A stretch of 62,040 bases of DNA from positions 1-62,040 of the forward strand of contig CAYMMP010000001.1 in the NCBI GenBank assembly GCA_964391625.1, read 5' to 3'. A model generated the notes under the pieces. It was not told the DNA's origin. It ran no database searches and saw nothing but the letters and a program-made list of their open reading frames with translations. This document shows, piece by piece, positions 8,855 through 17,731 of the stretch (positions are counted from its first letter, which is position 1; the number at the start of each line of letters is the position of its first letter). The DNA is from an uncultured Thermoplasmatales archaeon. GTDB lineage: Archaea; Thermoplasmatota; E2; DHVEG-1. Both the position numbers and the translations under genes were made by a program.

Positions 8855-8884
8855 TAAGATGGGGAAATAAAAGAAGGTATAAAA

Positions 8885-9091
8885 ATGGAAGATTGCAAAG
8901 AGATAATTGAAAAAATTAAGGATGTAGAAGAGGCAAACAGACGACAACTAGAATCTCAGAAAAGAATGATTGAAGACATTACTAAAGAGCAAGATTATTG
9001 TGAAAATCGAGATATTTCTCTTGAAGATTACAAAATATTTTTAGATGAGTTGTATAAATTATTCGAAATGTCGAAAAAGTTTTACGAGTAA
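8885..9091 (+). CDS. Hypothetical small acidic coiled-coil protein
   Basis: 68-aa ORF, charged and helical in composition, with AAGGT upstream of the ATG. No recognisable family. Confidence 0.3.
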   Translation: MEDCKEIIEKIKDVEEANRRQLESQKRMIEDITKEQDYCENRDISLEDYKIFLDELYKLFEMSKKFYE

Positions 9092-9140
9092 ATCCCTCTA
9101 GAAAAATGGATACCAATGTATAGCTTTTTTTAGAGTGTAT

Positions 9141-9446
9141 CTACATACCGCCTTTCCAACTTTCTTGCTCCATCATCAGAAATTTTTGTATCTCATCTTG
9201 ATTCATCATAGTTTGTTTTATTTCGACTTCTACACCAAGCTTCTCAATAGGTTCTTTTATACTGCTTATAAGCTGATCTATAATTGGGATATTCGGAAAA
9301 GGCAGCGCCATTATAACTAACACTCTGTTTTCTTCGACTGTAAACTCTTTAACTATTCCAAGTTCTAACAAACTGCGATCAATCGCTGGATGTTTAACTC
9401 CTTCTAGAATACTACGAATGCTTTTTTCTGAAATATTATCTACCAT
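9141..9446 (-). CDS. DUF59/MIP18 (SufT-like) Fe-S assembly family protein
   Basis: IRSILEGVKHPAIDRSLLELGIVKEFTVEENRVLVIMALP matches the DUF59 pattern (V.dPe....l.elG.v). It abuts the upstream gene. Confidence 0.65.
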   Translation of the reverse strand: MVDNISEKSIRSILEGVKHPAIDRSLLELGIVKEFTVEENRVLVIMALPFPNIPIIDQLISSIKEPIEKLGVEVEIKQTMMNQDEIQKFLMMEQESWKGGM

Positions 9447-10007
9447 CTACTCACGCTCCATCACTTTTAAATTTATATTTTTTTCACCAGCATATATCGG
9501 TATTTTAAGCCAGTTTTCAGGTGGTACAAACGGGCAAGCATAATTCTCACTATATGCACACCATGGACTATATGCTTTATTAAAATCAAGAATCCAATCT
9601 CCATTTTCAGTGCGATCACTTGGATCCAAGTCTATATATCGCCCTGCCCCATAGGTTTCTTTCCCATTTGTTGAATCTCGAAAAGGAATAAACAATCGTT
9701 CCTCATAGGGATTGCTTTTATATGCCTGGAGAGTGCACTGTTCATTCTCAACCTTGAATCGAAATTCTCCCCATCGTATAAACTGTCTGATAACTCCTTT
9801 TGTATCTTCGATTTGTATAGTTTCTTTATCAGCATGTTCATAAAGTTTCAATTCGAATCTAAGGTTTTGGTTAACTGGATAGTATTGTAACTTCTTAAAA
9901 TGTTCTCTATATTCAAATGGGATTGGTGATTGTGCATGTCTTTTAAAAAAAATATCTTTTTGCTCACGCTCGTTTATTATTTTTTCTTTCCACTCGAGAA
10001 GCTCCAT
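9447..10007 (-). CDS. DUF1684-family protein
   Basis: F..R...SP......F..L.YYPV....RF pattern, and a C-terminus with AYSPWCAYS..Y.CP.VP.EN, as remembered for DUF1684. Confidence 0.5.
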   Translation of the reverse strand: MELLEWKEKIINEREQKDIFFKRHAQSPIPFEYREHFKKLQYYPVNQNLRFELKLYEHADKETIQIEDTKGVIRQFIRWGEFRFKVENEQCTLQAYKSNPYEERLFIPFRDSTNGKETYGAGRYIDLDPSDRTENGDWILDFNKAYSPWCAYSENYACPFVPPENWLKIPIYAGEKNINLKVMERE

Positions 10008-10045
10008 TTCTTTCCCTCGTCATAATTCTTTTCATCCTATGTTAT

Positions 10046-10312
10046 CTATTGTTGCCCCCACCCTCGTAATCCTCTACCAATACCTCTTCCAAATCCTCCA
10101 CCAGTGCGATGAGGGTTTCTTCCTCTTAAAAGAGGATTCTCGCTATTAGGTCTTATGGCCTCCTGTGGACAAGCCGCAAAACATTTAGCACAAAATGTAC
10201 ATTTATTTTGATCTATATCTGCTTTTTTATTTTGCATCGATATTGCATTTTCAGGGCATGAATCAATGCAAACTCCACAACCTATACATCTATCTTGATC
10301 GATCCAAGGCAT
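10046..10312 (-). CDS. 2x[4Fe-4S] ferredoxin with Arg/Gly-rich C-terminal tail
   Basis: CIGCGVCIDSCP and CTFCAKCFAACP motifs. The tail reads RGRNPHRTGGGFGRGIGRGLRGWGQQ. Confidence 0.85.
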   Translation of the reverse strand: MPWIDQDRCIGCGVCIDSCPENAISMQNKKADIDQNKCTFCAKCFAACPQEAIRPNSENPLLRGRNPHRTGGGFGRGIGRGLRGWGQQ

Positions 10313-10598
10313 CTTTAGCTCCTATTTTCTAATAATAATTATCACAAATATTCCATATCTCTTCTTTGTCACATTCAGAGATAGACTTTGTTTATCCTTT
10401 GGATATTTTTATGTACTCCTTAATCTTTTGTTCGACAATACTTTTTTTCAACTACTGAATGTGAAATAATACACAGATTTATAAAAACTTTTATAATAAA
10501 TATTTAAAAAAGTTAATTTTTAGATTATAGTTATTGGAAAAAATTATATTTATTGGTTGCATTTCAAATAAAATATTTGATACAATGTGAGGGATAAA

Positions 10599-11177
10599 AT
10601 GACCAAATACAATACAAAACTTGACAAGAGAGATAGAATAATATTAGAATTACTAAATAACACCCCTAGAATTTCTCAAGAGGAAATTGCAAAAAAGATA
10701 CAGCTCTCCCAACCTTCAGTGGCAATGCGAATTAAGAAACTCAGAGAAAGAGGGTTTATTGAGCCTATAATTGGAGTGAATATCAATAAAGTTGGGCTAT
10801 ATATGGCTCAAGTAAGAATCACAACTGCCAATACAACCAAAATTTTGAATACTTTTCGAGATTGCCCATTTTTTCTAAATGGATTTATTATTTCTGGAAA
10901 AGATAACTTATGTTTGCTGTTTGTAGGAGAAGATATTGCATCATTGGAAGCAATTATAGATGGTCATTTGAGACCAGACAAAGATGTTCAAAGCGTTAAT
11001 TTTGATATTATTGTTTCAAGTATAAAAGATTTTATTATGCCAATTAAAATTAGGGTAGATCCTGCCGACAAACCTCCATGCGGTATTAAAATGCAGTGTC
11101 AAGATTGCCCTTCATACCAAGGAGACAGATGTTTTGGATGCCCTGCCATGAAACAATACAAAGGTCTCTTTTGGTAA
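10599..11177 (+). CDS. Lrp/AsnC-like wHTH regulator with C-terminal five-Cys module
   Basis: The N-terminus LDKRDRIILELLNNTPRISQEEIAKKIQLSQPSVAMRIKKLRERGFI is Lrp/AsnC-type. The C-terminus is CGIKMQCQDCPSYQGDRCFGCP (C-x5-C-x2-C-x7-C-x2-CP). ATG 10599 is preceded by GAGGG; the track start GTG 10587 is less likely. Confidence 0.6.
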   Translation: MTKYNTKLDKRDRIILELLNNTPRISQEEIAKKIQLSQPSVAMRIKKLRERGFIEPIIGVNINKVGLYMAQVRITTANTTKILNTFRDCPFFLNGFIISGKDNLCLLFVGEDIASLEAIIDGHLRPDKDVQSVNFDIIVSSIKDFIMPIKIRVDPADKPPCGIKMQCQDCPSYQGDRCFGCPAMKQYKGLFW

Positions 11178-11315
11178 AATACAGGCAATACTGGTTGTAG
11201 AGTTAAACATTTTAAAATCAACTGTCCCGAAAACATTCTCACTAATCAGACATCTAATTATCGATACATTCACAGAGAATTTTTTATTATTTTAGTACTG
11301 ACTTATTTAAGTAAT

Positions 11316-11747
11316 TTATAAAAAGATTTCATTAATGGCAGGATTTTTTCCCACCTCTTTGATTTTTCCTGTAAACTCGGTAGCCACCTTTGCATATTTT
11401 TGCCCTTCTGATGCGGAAACCCATGAAAGCCTAAAACGATTTGGCTCTAAACCAACCTCTTCAACAACTTTTTTTAACATCATAAATCGTCTACGGGTGT
11501 AATAATTTCCTTCTTGGTAATGACAATCTCCAGGGTGACAACCAGCCACAAGGACACCATCTGCACCGCCCAAGTATGCCCTTAAGATAAAAAGAGGATC
11601 AACTCTACTTGAGCACATAACTCTGATCGGCAAGATTGCAGGTGGGTACTGAAGTCTACTTGTTCCAGCTAGATCTGCTCCTGCATATGAGCACCAATTG
11701 CAAAGAAAGGCAAGTATCTTTGGGTTAAACTCTTCATCTTTCTTCAC
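11316..11747 (-). CDS. mvhD: MvhD/FlpD-type [2Fe-2S] electron-transfer subunit
   Basis: FLCNWCSYAGADLAGTSRLQYP...RVMCSSRVD...GADGVLVAGCHPGDCHY.EGN signature. The likely start is GTG 11747, preceded by AGGTGG; the track start GTG 11756 directly abuts the upstream TAG. Confidence 0.85.
   Translation of the reverse strand: MKKDEEFNPKILAFLCNWCSYAGADLAGTSRLQYPPAILPIRVMCSSRVDPLFILRAYLGGADGVLVAGCHPGDCHYQEGNYYTRRRFMMLKKVVEEVGLEPNRFRLSWVSASEGQKYAKVATEFTGKIKEVGKNPAINEIFL
11517..11567. repeat. 51-nt perfect repeat, copy 1 (inside mvhD 11316-11747)
   Basis: gtaatgacaatctccagggtgacaaccagccacaaggacaccatctgcacc is identical to 17196-17246, in the same orientation. Confidence 0.9.
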
Positions 11748-11756
11748 TCTAGCCAC

Positions 11757-12866
11757 CTATTTTTCAACTTCAGAAAATTCTTCTTTTTCAAATGTAACAA
11801 GAGGTAGAGGCTCATCTACATCTTTTCCTGGTATGTAATTAAACATTTTTTGGACGGATTCTCCCACTTTCTTGAAGATGGTTGCAAGTGGAATATCAAC
11901 AGGACAGACGTCATCACATGCACCACATCCTACACAGGAGATGCCGACATGTGTTAACCTCCCAAGCTGGTAATATAATACCCCTTGTGGAACTCTAACT
12001 CCCCCTCTTTTTTTAACTTCTGACTCATAACTAGAAGGCGAATATTCAGAATCAGGGGATTCGAACTCACACAGTTTGCAATAGCAGATAGGACACACTC
12101 TCATACAACCATGACAGCCAATACATTTTCCAAAAATGTCTACCAATCCACTTATCCCTTTCATCTCTGAATCGATTTTTTCAAAAAGTTTCTTCTCTTC
12201 TGCTTTTCTCTTATCGCGGAATTTATCTAGCGTCTCTTTATCTAGATCTTTTTCTAAGAACTCCCCTTTTATAACCTCAGCAAGCTCTTCTCCTTTTTTA
12301 GTATTAAGGAGCATCGTGAATTGTTTGTCAATATCTTTTTTTCCTATAAGATCAACAGTTATGTCTGCAGTGTATGGTATAAATTCCACACAACCTTTAC
12401 AAGCTGGTCGTATCTCTGCAGGGATCTCAGCTTTTTTAACTGCATCCCAATATTTGGAAAGGTTTTTTTCTATTGTACCATCTACCGCCATATTAGTTGG
12501 ATATACCCCGCCGCATGTTGAACTTATAATGAATAAATTTTCAAGGCTTCCCTGTTCACGTTTAATTAACTCTACAAAACCTCTTAATTCACATGGTTTC
12601 ACTACCGCAACAACTGGCTCCTTTGTGCTTCCTTTCAAGGTAAAACGCGAAAGAAGTTTACCAGCATTAACTGGCATCAATGGATAAAAAGGCACTGCAT
12701 TGTTTAGTTCTTCTGGTTCAGTAATAAGTGAATAAGCTATGGACCCTTCGTCGTTAATCTTTTTGAGTGTAAAGACTCCTTTAACTTTGCCATTTTTTAA
12801 AAGAAGTTTTAAGAACTCGAGGATACCTTGCTCAATATTTTTGTTTATTTTTAGAGCTTTGGTCAT
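11757..12866 (-). CDS. Fe-S oxidoreductase subunit, sulfhydrogenase-beta/AsrA/FlxB-C-like
   Basis: CIGCHGCMRVCPICYCKLC ... CVGCGACDDVCP, the same CxxCxxCxxxCPxCYC...CxxCxxCxxxCP layout as the HydB part of ORF 43448-45388. It has an ATGA overlap with the upstream gene and is a paralog of 12863-13999. Confidence 0.6.
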   Translation of the reverse strand: MTKALKINKNIEQGILEFLKLLLKNGKVKGVFTLKKINDEGSIAYSLITEPEELNNAVPFYPLMPVNAGKLLSRFTLKGSTKEPVVAVVKPCELRGFVELIKREQGSLENLFIISSTCGGVYPTNMAVDGTIEKNLSKYWDAVKKAEIPAEIRPACKGCVEFIPYTADITVDLIGKKDIDKQFTMLLNTKKGEELAEVIKGEFLEKDLDKETLDKFRDKRKAEEKKLFEKIDSEMKGISGLVDIFGKCIGCHGCMRVCPICYCKLCEFESPDSEYSPSSYESEVKKRGGVRVPQGVLYYQLGRLTHVGISCVGCGACDDVCPVDIPLATIFKKVGESVQKMFNYIPGKDVDEPLPLVTFEKEEFSEVEK

Positions 12867-13999
12867 TTTGCATCCTCCATCTCATGAAGCTCATCTTCTT
12901 TATAGCCCACCAGTGGAATTGGCTCGTCTAGACTTCTACCTGAAACATAATCAAATAAATCTTGCGTTTCATCAGCGACCATACTAAATATTTGAGCTAC
13001 GGGAATAGACATAGGACATGCATCTTCGCAAGATCCACATGATACGCATGAAAGGCTCATATGCATCATTCTACCCATATGGAAAAGAAGAGTGTCTGGT
13101 AAAAATCGAATGCTTCCCTTGCGTTCTGCCTGGTCAAGATAATCCTCAGACGTATGTTTTACTTTATCAGAATCGAAATAACATAGACGACAATAACAGA
13201 TTGGACAGACTTTCATACAATTGTGACAGTTTATACATTTACTAAATGTGTTGATTAGATTGTCAAGACCGGTTGTTTTGGCTTTTAAATCTTTATGGCT
13301 TTTTTCCCTCTTCTTATGCTTTTCCTCAAAAACGTCTTGTACTTTATTCCGCCAATCATCGACATTGTCTTTTAATTCTATGCCAAGTTTATTCATCACC
13401 TCGTTTCCTTTTTGACTATTTGAAACAATGAAAAAAGTACCTTTCTTTGCACCAAGAGTTCCTATATGAAGGTCTCCAGACACCATACTTGATTTATCAC
13501 ATATCTGGCACACCGGCCGCATTATTTTATCATCTGATCTCTTAACAGCATCTTCATATATCTTCATGCTTTTCTCAGGATCTTTAAGAAAATCAGAGAT
13601 AGGCATAACGCCTGGACAGTCCATGCTTATAAGAGTTATATTCTCTAAATTTGTTTGGTTAATCTTTGTTAATTCCACTGTTGCTCGTATCTCACAAGGC
13701 CGCATAACAGCGCCTATTTTCATATTTCCTTTTCCAAGTTTGGTCATACCAGAAATCGCCTTGGCTCCTTGAACGGACATAATCGGTGAAAGAGGGGCCG
13801 CATCCTTAAGAAGTGATTTATCCTCAATTAACACATATGCAAATGAATCGCCTGCTGGTACTCTCACAGGTACCAAAACAGCATCAAAAACTTTCTTATC
13901 CATCGCTTTTTTTAGGAACTCAATAATAGACTCATTTGTGTTCAGTTTAGTTGAAATGATTGCCCCTTTAGTTATAGGGGTACCTTCAACTTTGCTCAT
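12863..13999 (-). CDS. Fe-S oxidoreductase subunit, sulfhydrogenase-beta/AsrA/FlxB-C-like (paralog)
   Basis: CINCHNCMKVCPICYCRLC ... CVSCGSCEDACP. The N-terminal region (MRPCEIRATVEL) parallels VKPCELRGFVEL of the neighbouring paralog. There are ATGA overlaps on both sides. Confidence 0.6.
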   Translation of the reverse strand: MSKVEGTPITKGAIISTKLNTNESIIEFLKKAMDKKVFDAVLVPVRVPAGDSFAYVLIEDKSLLKDAAPLSPIMSVQGAKAISGMTKLGKGNMKIGAVMRPCEIRATVELTKINQTNLENITLISMDCPGVMPISDFLKDPEKSMKIYEDAVKRSDDKIMRPVCQICDKSSMVSGDLHIGTLGAKKGTFFIVSNSQKGNEVMNKLGIELKDNVDDWRNKVQDVFEEKHKKREKSHKDLKAKTTGLDNLINTFSKCINCHNCMKVCPICYCRLCYFDSDKVKHTSEDYLDQAERKGSIRFLPDTLLFHMGRMMHMSLSCVSCGSCEDACPMSIPVAQIFSMVADETQDLFDYVSGRSLDEPIPLVGYKEDELHEMEDAK

Positions 14000-15675
14000 T
14001 TAACAGCCTCCATAAGCTCTTGATAGATTTGATCGAAAGTAAAATGTTTAATAGTTGCTGCACCTGAAGGACAAGCAGCGGCACAATTTCCACATCCTCT
14101 GCATATTGCTTCATTTACAACAGATATCTTTTTTTCTTCGTTAAATGTAATAACACCATATGAACAGACAGATAGACATGTTTTACATCCCGTACAAAGC
14201 GATTCAGATATATGGGATACCTTTACTTCGGGTTCGATTTTTTTACCTGGCACGAGAGATGAAAGTATTTCACCAGCTGCAGCCTCTGATTGAACCATTG
14301 TCTCAGAGATGCTCTTTGGATCCTGGCTACTTCCGACAACGTATACTCCTTCTGTCGAAGTAGAAACAGGACCTAGCTTTTCGTGCTCTTCGGCAAAGAA
14401 ACCTCCATCGCCTTGGGACATTCCAATAATTTCAGCGAGTTTAGATGCATCAGATGTAGGTTCGATAGCTGATGAAAGTATCACCATATCAACTGATAGG
14501 TCGCTCTTTTTGCCAGTCTCGTCTTTATATTCAATATTTAATTTGCCATCCTTTTCTGTAATCTTAACATCCATTGACCTAACGAAATCAGTATTTCCTT
14601 TTGTTTGTTCATAGAACTTTTGATACGATTTTCCAGGGAGACATAAATCAGAATAAAAATTAGATACTTTAACATCTGGGATCTTGTTCGTAAGGTATCT
14701 AACAAATTTGAGAGAATACATGCAACAAATTTCTGAACAATATTTTTTTTCATTTCTGCCAACACAATGAATGATGGCAACTGATTTTGGTATTTTGCCG
14801 TTTTTGAGGGATATTTTCCCCGACAAATTCATTTTTTCAAATTCTAATGAATTAATGACGTTATCGAATTTCCCATATCCATATTGAGGAGTCTTTTTGG
14901 GATCAAATATGTTTGAACCAGTAGCCACCACTACTGCACCAACATCAAACTCAATAGGTTCCTCTTCTGTTTTTTTCTTTACTTTTATTTCAAAATTCCC
15001 AAAGAACCCTAAAACTTCTTCAACTTCACTATCAGTAAAGACTTTGATATTTTCATTATTATTCAAACTCTGAATTTTTTGATTTATGAGAGCAGAACTG
15101 GGCTGCATATCGGGAAAAGTTTTTTCAAAATTTGTTAATAGTCCACCTATTGACTGGGTTTTTTCAACAAGATAAACTTTTCTGTTCGCGCTTACAAGCT
15201 GTAAACTTGCCTCTATGCCGGCAATACCACCACCAATTACCAAAACATCAGTATTACATTCGATTTCTTTTTTCTCAAGGGGGGCATGATAACGAACTCG
15301 TCTAATAGCTGCTTTTGTTAAACGTATGGCTTTTTCTGTAGCCTCATCTTTATCTTCTGTAATCCAAGCACATTGCTCTCGGATATTGACAATTTGGAAA
15401 AGATATGGATTAATTCCTGCATTTTCACATACCTCCATAAAGGTTTTTTCATGTTGCTTTGGCGAGCATGCAGAAACCACCAAATGTGTTAGACCGTGTT
15501 TTTTAATTTCTTCTTCCAGGAATTTTTTACCATCTGACGAGCAGAGAAGCTTATATCGGTCAACAACTGCAACATCACTCATGGAAGAAACTGCATCAAT
15601 CACTTTGTCGATATCAACTTTTTCTGATATATTTGGGCCGCATTCACATATGTAGACGCCTATTTTCATTGTCAT
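13996..15675 (-). CDS. hdrA: HdrA-like flavoprotein, QmoB-like module (N-terminal Cys domain, FAD domain, C-terminal 2x[4Fe-4S])
   Basis: Starts MTMKIGVYICECGPNISEKVD (HdrA N-terminal domain). It has VLVIGGGIAGIEASL (FAD), IHCVGRNEKKYCSEICCMY, and C-terminal CTGCKTCLSVCS and CRGCGNCAAACP. The ATG at 15675 overlaps the upstream TGA (ATGA). The 36-codon upstream extension in the track is rejected. Confidence 0.8.
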   Translation of the reverse strand: MTMKIGVYICECGPNISEKVDIDKVIDAVSSMSDVAVVDRYKLLCSSDGKKFLEEEIKKHGLTHLVVSACSPKQHEKTFMEVCENAGINPYLFQIVNIREQCAWITEDKDEATEKAIRLTKAAIRRVRYHAPLEKKEIECNTDVLVIGGGIAGIEASLQLVSANRKVYLVEKTQSIGGLLTNFEKTFPDMQPSSALINQKIQSLNNNENIKVFTDSEVEEVLGFFGNFEIKVKKKTEEEPIEFDVGAVVVATGSNIFDPKKTPQYGYGKFDNVINSLEFEKMNLSGKISLKNGKIPKSVAIIHCVGRNEKKYCSEICCMYSLKFVRYLTNKIPDVKVSNFYSDLCLPGKSYQKFYEQTKGNTDFVRSMDVKITEKDGKLNIEYKDETGKKSDLSVDMVILSSAIEPTSDASKLAEIIGMSQGDGGFFAEEHEKLGPVSTSTEGVYVVGSSQDPKSISETMVQSEAAAGEILSSLVPGKKIEPEVKVSHISESLCTGCKTCLSVCSYGVITFNEEKKISVVNEAICRGCGNCAAACPSGAATIKHFTFDQIYQELMEAVK

Positions 15676-16979
15676 GCAGTTATATCTCCCTCCATTTTGG
15701 TTTTGGTTGCTGATAGTATTTTTCCTACTGCTGCATTTGCCTGTGAAACTGAATTTTGAATATTTTTTGGCCCTTGACAACATCCAGCAGCAAATATTCC
15801 TGGTTTTGATGTAACAACAGAAAAAACATCTTGATTTTCGCCTTTAAAAAACCCATATTCGTCAAGAGATACACCAAGAATCTTAGCAAGTTCAGAAGCA
15901 TCAGATTTAGGTTCAATAGCTGGTGCAAGTATTACCATATCAACCAGGAGATTGCTCTTTTTACCATTTTCATCTTTGTAATTGACTGTTATTTCCTTTC
16001 CCGATTTTGTAACTTCAACTACATTAGCGCGAATCATTTGAGTTCCTGTTTCTTTCATCTTTTCATAGAATTTTTGATGAGATTTCCCAGGGATGCAAAG
16101 ATCTGTATAAAATTCTGAAATCTTAATTTCAGGTATTTTGGATTTTAGATAATGATTAAATTTAAGTGAATATAAACAACATACTGCTGAGCAATATCCT
16201 TTTTCATCTCTACCAACACAATGAATGATAGCAGCTGATTTTGGAGTTTTTCCATTTTTTAAAAAAATCTGCCCTTCTGTCGGGCCATTGGAGGCATATA
16301 ATCTTTCGAACTCCATAGCAGTATACACATCATCAATTTTTCCGTATCCGTATTTAGGGGTTTTTTTAGAATCGAATATATCATATCCAGTAGCTACAAT
16401 AATGGCTTCAACTCCAAGTTCAATGCTTTCATCTTTTTGTTTAAAATCAATAGCTTCAAACGCACAAGCTTCTTGGCAAGCGTTACAACTTTTTCCTTTG
16501 AAATGAAGACAATGTTCAGTATCGATCATAGGTACATTTGGAAGTGCACCGGCACATGGAACATAGATGGCTTTCCTTTCACTAAGTCCCTCTTCAAACT
16601 CGTTTTTTAAACTAACTGGGCATGGATCAAAACAAGCATTGCATCCGATACAGTTTTGTAGATCCACATATCTAGCTTTTTTACGAATTTTTACAGTAAA
16701 ATTCCCAAGAGATCCTTTAACCTCTTCAACCTCTGCAAGCATTAGCAGGTTGATGTTTTTATCCTGCAATAGCTCTTGTTGCACTGGCGATACCATACAT
16801 GTAGAGCATTCCATATTAGAAAAAACTTCTTCAAATTTTATTACAGAGCCGCCAGTATATGATGTTTTCTCGACAAGATGTACCCTTCTTCCGGATTTGG
16901 AGAGCAGCAAACTTGCCTCAATCCCTGCTATACCTGCTCCGATAACCAATACATCTGTGTGTTGTTTTTTTTCACCCAT
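15672..16979 (-). CDS. hdrA: HdrA-like flavoprotein, QmoA-like module (FAD domain with inserted ferredoxin)
   Basis: DVLVIGAGIAGIEASL, NMECSTCMVSP, inserted CIGCNACFDPCP and CNACQEACAFEA, IHCVGRDEKGYCSAVCCLY. It has no HdrA N-terminal domain and no C-terminal ferredoxin. Confidence 0.8.
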   Translation of the reverse strand: MGEKKQHTDVLVIGAGIAGIEASLLLSKSGRRVHLVEKTSYTGGSVIKFEEVFSNMECSTCMVSPVQQELLQDKNINLLMLAEVEEVKGSLGNFTVKIRKKARYVDLQNCIGCNACFDPCPVSLKNEFEEGLSERKAIYVPCAGALPNVPMIDTEHCLHFKGKSCNACQEACAFEAIDFKQKDESIELGVEAIIVATGYDIFDSKKTPKYGYGKIDDVYTAMEFERLYASNGPTEGQIFLKNGKTPKSAAIIHCVGRDEKGYCSAVCCLYSLKFNHYLKSKIPEIKISEFYTDLCIPGKSHQKFYEKMKETGTQMIRANVVEVTKSGKEITVNYKDENGKKSNLLVDMVILAPAIEPKSDASELAKILGVSLDEYGFFKGENQDVFSVVTSKPGIFAAGCCQGPKNIQNSVSQANAAVGKILSATKTKMEGDITA

Positions 16980-16994
16980 GATTTCATCTTCATT

Positions 16995-17420
16995 TCATAG
17001 CGATGTTTTTTTTCTAAGAGGATTTGCCCCCATCTTTTTTATTTTCTCATTGAACTCATTAACAACATCTGCAAACCTCTGGCCTTCTGATGCAGAAACC
17101 CATGAAAGGCGTAGACGTTCTGATTCTAGGCCAAGTCCCTCAACGACTTTTTTTAATACAGCAAATCGTCTGCGAGCATAATAGTTTCCTTCTTCGTAAT
17201 GACAATCTCCAGGGTGACAACCAGCCACAAGGACACCATCTGCACCACGAAGAAATGCTGTTTCGACAAGAACCGGATCGATTCTGCTGGTACACATCAC
17301 TCTAATGGGTGTAAAAGAAGAAGGTATTTTCAGTTTACTAGTTCCGGCAAGATCTGCTCCTGCATATGAACACCAATTGCAAAGGAAGCCAACTATTCGG
17401 GGTTTGAATTCTTCAGCCAT
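16995..17420 (-). CDS. mvhD: MvhD/FlpD-type [2Fe-2S] electron-transfer subunit
   Basis: MAEEFKPRIVGFLCNWCSYAGADLAGTSKL...RVMCTSRID...GADGVLVAGCHPGDCHYEEGN. ATG 17420 is preceded by GAGGA. Confidence 0.85.
   Translation of the reverse strand: MAEEFKPRIVGFLCNWCSYAGADLAGTSKLKIPSSFTPIRVMCTSRIDPVLVETAFLRGADGVLVAGCHPGDCHYEEGNYYARRRFAVLKKVVEGLGLESERLRLSWVSASEGQRFADVVNEFNEKIKKMGANPLRKKTSL
17196..17246. repeat. 51-nt perfect repeat, copy 2 (inside mvhD 16995-17420)
   Basis: Identical to 11517-11567. The flanks on both sides are only roughly 80% similar by eye. Confidence 0.9.
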
Positions 17421-17493
17421 TTTTTTCCTCATAAGCAAAAATATTTTGCTCTTTTAGACTATTTTAGATGCCTTTTTTCCAAATAAAAAGGAT

Positions 17494-17718
17494 TTAAAAT
17501 TGTATTTGTGCTTTGTACTTACCATCACCTTCATCTGCACAGACAAGAAGGGTCTTATTCATTCTGGCACACCATGCTTCCACATCTTTTGGGAAAGAAT
17601 GGCAGTCAGCTATCACTTCAAGCATGTCGCCAGGTTGTAATTCTTTAGCTTTAGCTGCAACTTTAAGTATTGGTTGCGGGCATTTTAATCCTGACGTATC
17701 AAGTGTATGTGTTGCCAT
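17494..17718 (-). CDS. tusA: TusA/SirA-family sulfur-carrier protein
   Basis: 74 aa. LDTSGLKCPQPILKV matches the D.rGl.CP.P.l active-site motif. Confidence 0.8.
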   Translation of the reverse strand: MATHTLDTSGLKCPQPILKVAAKAKELQPGDMLEVIADCHSFPKDVEAWCARMNKTLLVCADEGDGKYKAQIQF

Positions 17719-17731
17719 ATTTTTACCTCCT

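Noticed and set aside
11747-11759. A TAG stop of the HydB-like gene followed in frame by the mvhD ORF, considered as pyrrolysine or read-through producing a HydB-MvhD fusion.
   Set aside because: An AGGTGG box spans the junction and a GTG at 11747 gives an N-terminus matching the other MvhD copies. Ordinary translational coupling explains it, and no Pyl machinery is evident.
13996-15783. The track start of the second HdrA gene at 15783, which adds 36 N-terminal codons (MLSRAKKYSKFSFTGKCSS...).
   Set aside because: The extension lies inside the upstream hdrA coding region. The ATG at 15675 gives the canonical HdrA N-terminus (MTMKIGVYICECG) and forms an ATGA overlap with the upstream stop.
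16567-17181. 204-aa plus-strand ORF in the supplied track. Similar long antisense ORFs occur at 12136-12687, 15326-15655, 14309-14614, 37131-37628, 48328-48696, 34655-35059, 20184-20546, 22891-23286 and 27843-28223.
   Set aside because: Each lies entirely antisense to, or in an alternative frame of, a gene with clear family motifs. The translations are Ser/Leu/Phe-rich low-complexity sequence without motifs, as is typical of shadow ORFs.
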